Shown here in pieces: positions 10,718 through 23,800 of a DNA stretch of 64,000 nt. The position numbers and the translations under genes were made by a program. Origin of the DNA: Cystobasidiomycetes sp. EMM_F5 (Eukaryota); NCBI GenBank assembly GCA_051047955.1, contig JBPGPT010000001.1, forward strand, positions 1 to 64,000, written 5' to 3'. Under the pieces are notes generated by a model. It was not told the origin of the DNA. It made no database searches and was given only the letters and a program-made list of their open reading frames with translations. Numbering within the stretch: the stretch's first letter is position 1; every line of letters begins with the position of its first letter.

Positions 10718-13700
10718 TCAGCAGTAGTCAGGCGCTCGCGAGAGCAGTGATTTTATTCCATCTATTTGTCCAATGTAGTGGTCCAGATCTTTTCTCATGC
10801 TTTGTATCTGACGCTTTAGCTCGCCGGTTTCTGCTGCAAAGCTATTGCTTCTGTGTTGCTGTTCCTGTTGAAAACTTGCGATGAGGCTTGCTCTGTCAAG
10901 GGCGTGTGCGTCAAGAATGGCCTTTTTTTCTTCGCCGAATGCCGTTTCCCTTTCGTTATGAGAACGCTGTGAATGGTCGAGAGTGCGTTCGAGCTTTTCC
11001 AGGGAGGCAAGCAACTCCTCGATACGCTCGGCATCTTTCTTGGCCTGAGTCGCTTGGCTTACAACGAGCCTGTCCAGTTCGTTAGCACGTTGATGCATTC
11101 GTGTTGTTTCCGTTTCGAGTTCCGAATGACGAATTTGATGGTTCCTGACGATATCTTCCAGAGACGCAATGGTTATATTGCGGAGGTCCAGCTGGCGTTT
11201 TTGGTTTTGATACAGTTCGCCTAAGCTACCAAACAAATGAGCAGCGTCTGCGTCCATGTGCTCGGTACCTCGAGGTTTTCCAGATGTTAGTGCAGACTGC
11301 GGAAAAATGAAAATTCTGGACATACTTGTTTCAGTTCCGATGTCAGCACCCAGTCCCGGGGCCGAGAAAGAACGACCGGCTCCGACAGAGATGGGCTGTT
11401 GCTGATATGCTGGCTGTGCTGGTTGTGCGTCGACATTGCCGTTGACCGCTGCCTCTGCGGACTCGCCGATGTTTTTCGACAAGGTAGGCTTTTCAACCGG
11501 AATAGTTGCGGATGTCGCGCTAAAGTTGGCAGCTGTAGAGCGCTCATGAGGCGGGTGCGAGGCTTCGTCCGAGCTGACGGCCGCAAGTCTTGGAATAAGG
11601 TCGGGATGGACGTCGTTGAGGCAATTGTAGTCTTCGTCCAGCAAATCTTGGCTGAGAGAGTCATCCCAATTAGTCAGCAACCATGCTAGGCCAGCTTCTG
11701 CTTGACCGTCCATGCCTCTGCAAGACCCAAGCATGCTAGGCGCAAACAAACAAGCTACTACTGAAGTATCGAGTGCAGTGAGCGGGTGTAGTGTCAGCTG
11801 GTAAAGGAATGCGACCATGTATATGAACATGGATAGATTCTTGCGAGGTAGTCTAAGAAATTCACTTAGCGCGATCAGCCATAGCAGCAGTGTCTCCCAC
11901 GCACAACCGCAATATGATTTGCGCAGATGCGAGACCATTTGCTCGCTGTTGAGGCAGGTTGGTGACATGCAAGCTCGTTAAACACGCTCGCTTGAAAAGA
12001 GGCCACAGCTCCTCGCTGAAGATCGGCTCGGGCATTTCATGTAGGAATACTTGTAATAGGTCGCATAGAGTCGCAATATCTTCATTCTTCAAATCAATGT
12101 TGTCTCCGTAGGTGGGAGACGTATCGAAGGCCAACTTGAGTCTCTGTAGGCTGTCAGGGTCTCCGGAACGGCGAAATAATCGAGAGTCACTAAGGCCACG
12201 CCGAAAAATCGATTCGATCAAGGAGAATACCACAACGGGCAATTGATGTCGTTGACCCCCTATAATTGATACTGCATACGCAAGGTGGGGTATGTCGTCT
12301 AATCTTGAGCCGAACACTCGCCTCGTTCCCACCATTTGAGAGTCTGCCGATTCGTTCGTACTGGTCGGCTGTCTAGACGTTGAAACCTCGATAGTTTTTC
12401 GGCCTGCAGCTGCGGCTGAGTCTTTCTGGTGTGACACTTCAGTGTTCGCGAATTGCTTCGTTAATTGTGCCGAGACATGGCCACCGCCGAGCCTGGCTGC
12501 AACTCGGTCGAACAGACTGGGCTTCCGGAAAGATGACGATGTAGTCGAAGTGACACTTACTTTACGGCCATGTTCTTGGAGATCTAAAGGGCGGGTGGGA
12601 ATCGCTGTGAGCTCGTCATTCCTATCGGGAGCAGGGCATTTCGCGGGAGCCGTGATACTCCCGTTGCGAGTCTGAGCCATTTCCTCTCCAGCATTAACAC
12701 GCAGGTTGACACCGTCCAGCCAGACTGTACGAGCAATATCACAGTCGGCTAAGACTTCCTCCCCGCTGATGTGAACCAGTTGGCGCATCATGCGAATACG
12801 CATCTTGATGATAGTGTCCGGTTCTGCATTCTGTATGATCAGATCGGTAATGGCAGAGTCGGCTTGATCCCAAAGGTATGACTCTTCAAGCTTTCGCAGA
12901 CCAGACAGGCCGACGAGCCTTGATCTTCCAGTGTCGGCGGTGGAGCTTTGTTGCAATGCCGCCTTGGCGGCGCCGTCATATGAAGTGGATCTCCACATAG
13001 TTGGGACTGCCGGAGTTGAGATGGTCGCGCTATCTGCAACCGGTCTCGTCGCCTCTGCAAGGCCTCCTTGGATATCTGCGTCATTTCGTAAAAGCGAGTA
13101 GGGCTTCTGACGATGGCAGCGTATAATAATTAGCATCAAATGTTCAAGTAAGATTAATGCAGTAGCAAGCTTACCTCCTCTGTGGTGTTCTCGTGTGGAG
13201 TGACTGCAAGTACGTCGGACTGATTGTCTCCGATTGAAGGTGGCTGGGAAAGTTGAGCGCTGTCCGATCGATCTATCATGCGAGAGGAAGGATCCGACGC
13301 CTGTCGCATTCGTGGGATACCGCTCATCTCCGCGCGTTGACTCGGCACTGGTACTTGGGCGTCGCTCTGTATGCCGCCAGTGCGAGAATTTGCTACAGAA
13401 ACATCTTGCGTTGACAAAGTGGGTATACGAGATGGCGTAGAGGACGGAGAAGAAGCTGTTGCGGTCGCAAGTCTTGATGAATTACTTGCGGCAGTGGTCG
13501 TGGAGGCGGAGCGGGGTATCATGCTTGCGATCTTGGTTGATGCGCCGTTGATTCCTCTTGGACTTGAAGAAGGGCCAGATGACAGCTTCATACCGTTACG
13601 TTCGACAGGGTCGTTCAATTTGCCTGATGTTGACCGTGGAAGACTTGCGGAGGAACTGCTTCGACTGTGGTTGGTAAGTAATCGATTCCCACTCGTCGAG

Positions 13701-13870
13701 TTGCGCGAGAGAAGAGATGGAAAGCGCTTCGAGGACATTCGTTGAGGTGCGGCATCGTCGGTGATGCTCGTTGGACGGGATGTTGTTGCCTCGTCGGGCG
13801 ATTGCAGCCTTTTGGCGGACGGCTTCTGAAGAACACGAGAGCCATTCGACAGCATTGCTGCGGTTGGCAT
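10718..13870 (-). CDS. RhoGAP-domain protein with a Ser-rich N-terminus and C-terminal coiled coil
   Basis: VFG...LPVVV...LFRRSG (Arg finger), LLQVFLHEMPEPIF, LFAPSML; ORFs joined by GT-AG introns. Confidence 0.85.
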
Positions 13871-14323
13871 ATACAGGAGGTTGCAGGCGCAACGACGAGG
13901 ATGTCACTGCTTTTCACAGCACAGCAGTAGCTCTTTCAAATTCGTTGATTCCGTATCCGAATTGTAGCAGCGATGCCTAGTCATGCAGAGAACTTAGGAA
14001 TTGTCGTTCTGGGCCTCGTTTCTTTGCAAGCACGGTGTGATGGTGCAGTACCGGCGCATTTCTCGGTTGGTAGGGAGCGACCATTCCCAAGTCCTCTTTG
14101 GCCGGGCAGCACGTCACATAGCAGTTGCAACCGAGAATCTGGCAAGCATACAAACATACAAGAGCACGGCAGTGCAGAGTATATGCGTAGCGGTGAAATG
14201 AACGGCGCAGATTGTGCAACGTAGACCGGTGCTAATGCTGTCTGCGGAGATTATTCTTGTATGTTTTCGAACCGAACAACGTGTATTCATGGTTGTCACA
14301 CGACCCAGTTCCCAATTGACAGC

Positions 14324-16592
14324 ATGGCGAGCACAAACGGACAGGCCAGCAGCAGCGGTAGCACTTCATCCTCGAGCACGTCCTCTCTTCAGTACGCCTG
14401 TGGGTATGGAGCATCTGCGACCACTTTCCAGAGGCTGAAGTCTGTCAAATATCGCAGTTCGGGCGGAAAAAGCGCTGGGCGTGGTAAACTCCAATGGCCA
14501 AGCTGGACCAGCGACTTGGGCAGAGGCCGATGCGTGGAGCAAGCCAGAAGGAACAACCCGTGCAGCCTGCTACTCTCCAGATGGGTCACTGTACGCAGTC
14601 GCGTCGACAATAGGGTGAGCTGCGCTCCTGTACGCCAAATGGCAATGCATCTTGTGCTGACCTTGATACGTGCCCTCGTTTAGCGTCACAGTTTACGCAG
14701 TGGACAGAGCCGGCGAATCCTGCTTCACTTTGGTCAAAATTATTCCGATAAAAAACGCTATCGAAATCGCATTCTCACCGAAAGCTACCTTTATTGCAAC
14801 CTGGACACGGCACGTCAAGCTTGAAGATGATCAACAGCACAAGAATCTGCAAATCTGGTCGACTGCCATCGCAATTGCTGTACCAGCCGACGATCAAGGG
14901 GATTTACAACCAGAGTCGGAAAACCACCTCATCGCATTCACACACAAGGACCAGAACAGCTGGAAGCTTCAGTATACCGATGACGAAGCTTTTGCTCTGC
15001 GTTGCATACCCAACGAAGTACACGTCCTGGACACTGCGAAACGGTTTACACTGATTGACAAGCTGAAACACGAGGGTCTGACGAGCTTTCAGCTCAGTCC
15101 TGGGAGAAATCCGTCTGTCGCAATATTTGTGCCCGAACGCAAAGTATGTAGAATCGAGTGTGCAGTCGAATTTTTTATACCCGCGCTGAACCTCGAACTT
15201 TGTTTTCAGGGCATGCCAGCATCCGTGCGGATTCACTCACTGGCGACTCTCGCAATCCCTAGTATCCAGAAATCCTTCTTTAAGGCTGATCGAGGGCAGA
15301 TGAAGTGGAATGCGGCAGGCACATCGCTTCTATTCCTGTCTTCTACAGACCACGACAAGACTGGAAAATCTTATTATGGCGAGACGAACTTGTACCTTAT
15401 GACTCCGGCTCTCCAGTATGAAGCAAAAGTGGTCTTGGACAAAGAGGGCGGGATTGGCGACTTTACCTGGAATCCAGCCAACGGTGGAAAGGAGTTTGTC
15501 GTGACCTACGGTTACATGCCGGCCAAAGCTACACTCTTCGACGCACGCTTGAACGTCTTGCACGACTTTGGAGCGCAACCGCGCAACTTTGTCAGCTTCA
15601 ATCCTCAAGGTCGTTTATTGTGTATCGGTGGCTTTGGCAATCTTGCAGGTCAAGTAGACATCTGGGATCGAAGTACGCTCAAGAAGGTGTCCAACTTTCG
15701 CGCGAGTAATTGCACAGAGTGCACATGGTCCGCGGATGGCCGGCTTCTTATGTGTGCAACACTCTCACCGAGGTTGCGAGTTGATAATGGCGTAAAGATC
15801 CATCACTGGTCAGGAGAACTCGTACACATGGACTTGATAAATGAGTGTTATCAAGCTACATGGCGACCCGCCGATACTCGCATGTGGAGCTTTCCGCGAG
15901 CACTGTCACCAGCACCCAGACCTTCTGCAGCGGTCCAAGCTGCACAAGCTGAAAAGGCCGCTCTCATCGGCACCGCTTCCGGCACATCTTCACCTCAGCC
16001 GCCTTCAACTGGTGCTTATCGACCTCCAGGGTTACGAGGGCGCGAGGTACCGGCAGCTTACCGATTTGACGAATATACGGGCGCGCCGAGCACACCGAGC
16101 AAGCAAAGTGAGAAACCTCCCATTCCGGGTCTGACCGGGCGTCCTCACAATGGCCAGGGCAGAGGGCGGGACAGAGTAGTGCCTGGCGCCGGTCCACCGA
16201 TACACAACGGCAAGCAGACTCCGGGACGTGGTTCGCAAGGCCAGCAGCCAGGAAAAAAGAACCTACACGAAGGGTTTAACGGCACAGCCACTCCATCCAG
16301 CGGCGCGATGCAAGACCTGCGCATATCTTCCAATGAGCAGCTTGCCGACGCTTCCGAGCCGTCCACGCCGGCGAAATCGCATACGAGTCTCCTCGCCTCG
16401 AATGGCGATGCAAGTCTTCCTCTCACACCCGAAGACAAGAAAAGACGCGCTCTGCAAAAGAAGTTAGGCGCGATAGAACAATTGAAGGGAAAGCTTGCTG
16501 CCGGGGACAAGATGGAGAAGACGCAGCTGCAAAAGATTGAGGCTGAGGATGAGGTCAGGAGAGAATTAGAGAGTCTAGGAGGACCACTTTGA
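14324..16592 (+). CDS. EIF2A: Eukaryotic translation initiation factor 2A
   Basis: KSFFKAD, GKSYYGETNLY, YGYMPAK, GFGNLAG, ATLSPRLRVDNG and C-terminal KKRRALQKKL. Confidence 0.93.
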
Positions 16593-16878
16593 TGCTATAG
16601 ATCTTATGCGACACGTATATTGCGGTACTGCTCCTGCCTCCTAGCGCTTCAATGCCACCACAACGTGCTTGTCGACTAGGCTTCTGTCCAACTGCCCCAT
16701 GAGCCAGCTGTCTTGCAAAGCACGCTTGGCTACCGCAACATGCTATCTCTTCCGAATGCCTGTGATTGTTACGGCATATCCTCCTCGAGCTCAGGGGGTC
16801 TCCTGAAAGGACCAGCCCGGGCATAGGAGACAGTCGATTCGTCGGCGTACCAACGCCGGTAATGCAGTAAAGTCAGCC

Positions 16879-18613
16879 ATGTATGACGCTGCCGTTCACT
16901 CTGAGGACGAGCATCCAAAGATTAACACCGCCTCTCCGTCAGTACTTCGACAGGCATTGCGGCTATGTCTCACGGGGTATGCGATACTGGCCGCGGTGTA
17001 CACAACATGGGATGCAGCAGCTCTAGGTTTACTAAAGCAATCAGATTGTAGGAATACGCGTAAACGGCAGTACTCGCAAAGAAGTGACATCCTTAAACAA
17101 TCCTCCACAGATGTCGACATGTCGTCTTCGCCCGCTGTTGCCATTGCAGAGCGCGTCACTCGCAGCTCAGCTCTCAACGTTGTGGATCTCGTTACTCCTG
17201 CAACGATTCCAAATAGACTCGCATCGGCCGAGTGGGGACGCATAGCAAGCGTAAAGTGGAACAAGGGTTCATTAACCTGGCGAACATCAAACGACCGTGA
17301 AGGATCCCCGACGATGTCTGAAGACCTGTTTCTCTCAAAAGCCTTTGGTACTGCGCTTCAACCTAGCAAGATCATCCCGTATTACTATAGGGCGCGCACT
17401 GCAGCAGAAGCACGAGACATCACCATAAGCACAATTGTGACAGGCGACCGCTTCAACGTACTCGATCAGCTTTCGCATCGTTACAAGGGTACGATCAGAG
17501 CTTCTGTCAGTATCGCTTGGTAACTTATATCGCTTTCTCATCAGGCCCCATTTCAGTCGCCATCCACGTCTCGAGTGACACTGCCGCTCGGGCCGCCACT
17601 CTGAAGTCTTTGAAGGATCTTTATGAGACATCTTCGTCAATACGAGAGTATGTCGATATTCATTTGGTCATCGACAACTTTGACCGTCAGTTCAACATGT
17701 GGCGCAATGTAGCGCGATTCTTCGCTCGAACGGACTACTTCATGATGCTAGATGTCGACTTCGCAGTGTGTTCTGACTTCCGGAACCGCGTTTTGACGAG
17801 TACAAAAGTGATGGATAAGCTCGGAAATGGTTCTGCAGCTTTCGTTATCCCAGCATTTGAGTATTACCGACAGGCGGACGGGAGAAACACATCAGCTTTC
17901 CCTATCAACAAGGCTTCACTCCTCAAACTCGTGGATCAGAACAAGATTGGCATGTTTCATCGATCGTGGGAGCCTGGTCATGGCAGTACAAATTATTCAC
18001 GCTATTACTCAGCTCCGCCAGGTGAAGTGTACAAGGTTACTGCATACACTGCGGCATACGAGCCGTATGTTATTTTGAAGAAGGAAGGCCCGCCGTAGTG
18101 AGTACTTGCTATAGATCCCATGATTCCGCTCATCGTTTTTGACCTAGCTGCGATGAGCGCTTTATTGGGTACGGTGCCAACAAAGCCGCATGTCTCTTCC
18201 AGATTTACCTATCTGGGATATCTTTCTACGTCTTGCCCGATGATTTCATCATACACCAAAGCCACGAGTACGCTGAATCGGTACGCAAAAACGAGCGGCG
18301 TTATAATCGCAAATTGTACCTGGATGTGAGCCTGCTTGCATGGGACTCTTCACTTGCGTTGATCATCAGCACTGACTGAGAGGCAGTTTCGTGAGGAACT
18401 TTGCTTCAGGTATCTCAGCCATTTCATACAGACTCGGCAGATGGGAGGACCTCTACCTCGCAATATGCTTGTAGAATGCAGGAAGATTCGGGGGTTTTCA
18501 GGAGCCGCTGGCAAGGTGAGCATATGGACCGGAGTGTTGTGTGTAACACCATACTCACAAGGCTGCAGATTATAAGGGCAGCAGCGGACTCCTCGGAAGG
18601 CAAAGGAAAATAG
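16879..18613 (+). CDS. Type II membrane glycosyltransferase, GT49/LARGE-like
   Basis: N-terminal TM; FNMWRNVARFFARTDYFMMLDVDF (DxD), YEPYV, spliced CDERFIGYGANKAAC. Confidence 0.85.
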
Positions 18614-18864
18614 AAAGGATTGTAGCATACAGATACGACATGCTTCGCTGGATGATGTAGCAATACAATTGTCGCACGCGATGCAATGCACACGAGGAGT
18701 GTGCCGTGGTGCATGATGAGAGCTCGAGACGATCGGGAGTGCTCTCTACCACTCCGTTACCTGAATTTTGGTAGCATCTCAGGCCTCATACTGCATACCT
18801 AAAGTTCTGTACTCTGCATCACTCACTACCGAAGGATTATTCCTTAAAGTTTCAGGCATTGAAC

Positions 18865-20281
18865 ATGTTCGTCCCGACTTCGTCTTAGTCGTCGAAGTCT
18901 TCTAGCAAGGGACGACTAACCAGACGTGCTGCTCGATCTACAGGCCAGCAGGACAGATCCATCCTGATGACCGCCCACTGCCGAAGCTTGCGGACAATGT
19001 TCTCGACATGTTCTCGTTAAAAGGGTCAGTCCGCCTTTGCCTTACAGCTGGGCGAGGTATAACTTGAGCCATTACCACTTTCGATTACAGCAAAGTGTGC
19101 GTTGTGACCGGCGCTGGGGCTGGCATTGGTCTGGCCGCCGTGCGAGCTTTCCTTGACGCGGGCGCGGCGGGCGTTGCTATGCTGTACAATACCAAAGATT
19201 CCACAATCAAGCTTGGGCAAGAACTGGAAGCAGAGTTTCAGGGCCGCACAAAGATCAGAGCCTACAAATGCTCTGTCAACGATTCAAATATGGTCGCCGA
19301 CGTTGTTGCTCAAGTTATCGCGGACTTCGGTCGCTTGGATGTTTTCGTAAATCAGTCTCTACTTCCTTCTACCTAAGCTTACAAGCTCACAGGTCGCAAA
19401 TGCGGGAATGGGAGCGGGTGGTAATGTCACAGAGATGACCGACGAGAAATTCGACTACACCACCGCTGTGAATTTTTCTAGCGTGGTAAGGGAAATTCCA
19501 CAGGATCTCCTCACTTACCTCTAATGCAAGCTTATGCTTCACCAGTTCTACTCAGCGCGGGAAGCCGGAAAGTACGAGCAAAGATTAAGCACTGATCCAA
19601 TCTATACTGACAGAAACTGACCAGACAATTTAAAAAGCAAGGCAACGGATCTTTCATTATTACCGCCTCAATGTCCGGACACATTGTCAACACGCCTTGT
19701 AATCAGGTAAGTCGCACTAATGTCGCTTCTCCTGCGACTGCCGTGCTGAATGGCATGGTCGCAAGGCGGTATATAATGCTCATAAGGCTGGCGTGATACA
19801 CTTGGGCAAATCGCTCGCTGTGGAATGGAAAGACTTTGCTCGCGTCAACAGCATCAGTCCTGGGTTTTTCTACACTGTTCGTTTCCGTATATACTGGCTA
19901 GCCCGAAAGGCTACTGCTGAACTTGGTAACAGGACATGGGAGCCGCTGAGGGCGAAGTAGCAGAGGTAGCGCGCAAAATGGCTGTTCTCGGTAGGCAAGG
20001 AGACGTCCGCGAGTTGAAGGTTTGTTACAAAACTTCGAGATTGGCTGAGCCGGTCTCATGTTCACTGTTGCATTGCAGGGCATATTTCTGTACCTCGCCA
20101 GCGACGCTTCGACCTTCACAACTGGAGCCGGTCAGTTTCGTTTTCATGCGGCCACAACGTCATCGCTAAAAGTTTCAAATTCAGATATCCTAGTCGATGG
20201 TGAGCCAAATTGTGTTCATGGTGGCGTAGACGCTTGAAACTGATCATCAACCTCAATGCAGGCGGATACACGCTGCCTTAG
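18865..20281 (+). CDS. Short-chain dehydrogenase/reductase (sorbose reductase/mannitol dehydrogenase-like), about 11 exons
   Basis: [41 protein letters not shown] (YxxxK), [19 protein letters not shown]. Confidence 0.9.
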
Positions 20282-20899
20282 AATGCTTGGAATTAGTTGA
20301 TTAATGTGCAATATCAAAAATCAATTTCGGTCAACTTTGTGATGGCGCTCACGCCTTCTAAGCGCATTACGGACATGTCCTGTCTTGACTGAACCCCTGC
20401 ATCAGCTAACGAGAGCCTTGACCAGGAACTTGGCTGTACCTGGCCACAGGGAGAAGGTCCTATATTCGAGTTCAGTACATGCACAGTATGCGGACGGCAG
20501 TTTGAGCCGAGTTGATACATAATATGTTTTTTCGTGTGACCAGCAGTCAAGAAGGCTGAAGACATGGTTTATATATGTGGTTGAGCTCCACCGGCATCCG
20601 GATGGAGGATCGTGTTGTCGCTTCGGAAGATCGTGCGCTCTGGCATCGAAGCGGACCCTCGATAACATCGCAGTGCGCCCACGCGAGCAGGATAGAACAG
20701 CTAAGAACGTGTGTCAAACAGTTGAGGCGTCCAATGAGGTGGAGAAACGTATGAGCAAGGCACAAGTAAAGTACGTTGTCATAGAGTGGACACTTTACGA
20801 CATTACGCGCAGCGAAAGGCAAGGCAAAGCCAACTACTGACAAGTTCAACCTCTGTCCTCGATAAATCAGGCGCTGCGAACAATGGTAATCACCCTGCT

Positions 20900-23800
20900 C
20901 TATTTGGCGAACGCTGCTAGTCCAGTCGGTTTGGCTTTGGGCCTATAAGATTGTCCAGCTCGTCTGCCTGCAAGGGGATCGCGACTCTGCCTCTTGTCAT
21001 CATTGCTGCCATCATTCTCATCATCGGCACTGCTAGAAGCCTCTTCACTGCTGTCGGTCCCCTTCGGAAACTCGGCAGGTTGTCGCTGCTGTCGTGCAGC
21101 ACTCAGTAATATAGATGATTGGCGTGACAAAGTACCTCGGCGACTTCCAGACGATTGCTGGCTCAGTTGACTCAGCGATTGGTGCCTCAATCCGCCTAAA
21201 CGAGGTCGCGCTAACGTTATTTGCGAAGACCCATCCGGGGTTTGGCTTATTTTGGTCCGAGAGGGAGGTGTCGCAAAGGAAAGTGGTGTCGAACGTAGAC
21301 CGTTGCGTTCTGAGATGGAACGTAAAGTGATGACCTGAGTATCAACGGGATTGTTGCGGGAGTTGCTGATATTGTAGCGCGTCTTGCGAATGTTTGCAAG
21401 GGGCTGAGAAGAGCTGTCGTCGTTTGCATCAGGCGATGGCCGAAGTATGTATGGCTGCCAATTTGGCGGACTTGCGCCAATCCCCTTTGCGTCTGAGTCA
21501 ACGTCAGAACCAATCGATGACTCAGACGAATGCTCGCCGACTTCGCCATCTTCGATATCGTGTCCACTTCTACTAGTCGGAGATTCACTTCGAGGGAGGA
21601 ACAAGGGTCGAGGACGCTGAACTAGCTCAAGTTGTAAATCTTGTTCTGAAATCAATGCGTCAACGTCGTGCAGATCCGCCAGATTATGATGCCCTCACCC
21701 GACATATTGCCACTTTCCGAAGGAGAAATGGCGGACTCTACATCTTCTGCAATCTCATCCAGGCGGCCTTTTCTGATCTCGGCCACACTGCCATTTGCTT
21801 GGGACAAAGCGATGTCTGCAGTAAGGGGTGATAGATTTGCTGCTTGACTGTCACCGGCAATCTCCCCTACAGTCCCTGCTGTGGAGTCTGCGCCATTTTG
21901 TCCGTTGTGCAACCTAATGCGGCTGTCTTGACTGCCATCGTCGCTCGTAGGAGATGCATCCGGCACGTTGCTCGACACCATAACCTCATTCGCCAATGCT
22001 GAGACATCAGGTCGCTCTGTTGCATTTAGCGCAGATGTGTCCGAGGGAGAAGACAGAGAAGTGTCGTTGATCGTTTGGGTTCGAGATACGAAATGCTCGT
22101 CCTGCCGCGCGTCCACTATACCACTATGTAACTTGATTACATCCGTGTCAGTGGCTGCCGCCATCACGACTTCAATCAACGCTGGCGCAGGATCTCCGGA
22201 CCTCAAGCTGTGATGAGGAATGCTTGAAGGCGTTGATTCCGACTGCTCGGCAGACAGTCCCGGCAAGTCGGGTATGGGCGGACTGGCTTCGTATTGTCTA
22301 ATATGATCGGTGATAAGATCATAAACTGATCGCGACCCATCCACACCGTTTTCATCGGACGATGCTGTCGTCTCAGCAGCATTCGTCGCTTGCGTAAGTG
22401 ACGGTCTGAGAGAAGATCCGGCAAGAGTCGCAGGTTTTGATTGATTCAGAGTAGCATCGAGAGACGCGTTTTGCGAAGACTTGGACATCTTTTCGAGATA
22501 AGCTCGTATGTCATGTTGAGTTTTGGAGGGAGAGAGGGAGTCACGCTCGCTTGATCCGATTGGAAGGCAAGAATCCTCTGCTAAGGCTTCAAGATCCTTA
22601 AGCGACGGGTATGATACTGCGTCTTCAAAACTCTGCGAGGACACGTTGGCATCTTCGATGCGGTGACTCTCATCAACTGCCTCAACGATGCCGGCTTGAC
22701 TGTCATTATCGCTGATAGCCGTACGCCTTGTTGCGTCATTCGCGCGCACTTCTGGTGCAAGATTGCCATTCGCTTCGCTTTCAAATACAGTGAGCACCGG
22801 TGATAGAGGTCGCACCTGCAGACTCGCTCGCGCATCGCCTTCGCTGTCAGTTTCAGCGACTAGCGGATTTGCAGCGGTGGCAACAGCGTCCGTCGCAACT
22901 TGAACCTGCGGTGCTGGTAAAAGTAACGATGGCGGGCTTACGTTGTTTGGACTGTCCTTTAGTCGTTGTATAACGCCTACATCGGACGCTTTCGGTGACT
23001 GATACAGCACCGGAGACTCGGCCGAGACGGGGGTGTGCGGGTTGCTATCCTCGGTGGAGGCCGAAGTTTCGCTTGCGGTCTCGGAAGGGATTGTGTGTGT
23101 CACTGTTTGATGGCCGACATTGCTGTTGATCTCGTCGGAATCTTCGATTGTGTCTACCTCCATTTCCAGGTTGTGTACCGCTAATGCTCTTTCTGCAATA
23201 ACTAGAGGAGGGGCTGGATCCGACCGGCTTTCCTGGTTGTCAGTTGTAGATGGGTTGGAAGTTGAGGTATCTGTTGTGAGCACCGGAATATTGTTTACTA
23301 TTGTCGCAGAGCGGACATTAGGCACTGATTCAGCAACACGCCCTTCATCGAGATCCATTTCGACGCCGTCGTCATAAGCACTACTTTCAGAGTCACTTCG
23401 GTTGTGATGTGTCATTGACGTGTGTCGTCGTATGGGCGGGACCCGCGATGTTTCCGCCTCGGCCTCGTCATCAAGATACCCGTCATCCGGTGCATCGTCA
23501 CTCGAATCGCAGGACGATTGCGATTCCTTGTTTGCGTCCAACGTGTCAATGAAAGATGTCAGAGTAGGGCGATAGCGCAGACCCTGCGGGGCGATCACGC
23601 TCGGCTGACTTGCAGAAACAGACTCAGTTGCGTTTGTGGCAGTATCAACGCCTTGTCTATCATCTGCAGAGATAGATCTGTCTGTTATTTCGCAGTCGAT
23701 GGATGCTGTCCCTGGAACAGGGAGCTTTGACTGCATGCGATACGACGCAGAGACAGTGTCGACGGTGGTTGGGGGTGTGCTGTCATCACCTGTAATATAA

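Noticed and set aside
11862..11968. Apparent frameshifts or overlapping ORFs in RhoGAP and other genes
   Set aside because: Explained by ordinary GT-AG introns, not pseudogenisation or programmed frameshifting.
20314..20849. Short ORFs between the SDR gene and the large disordered gene
   Set aside because: No motifs or consistent splice model; likely convergent 3' UTRs.
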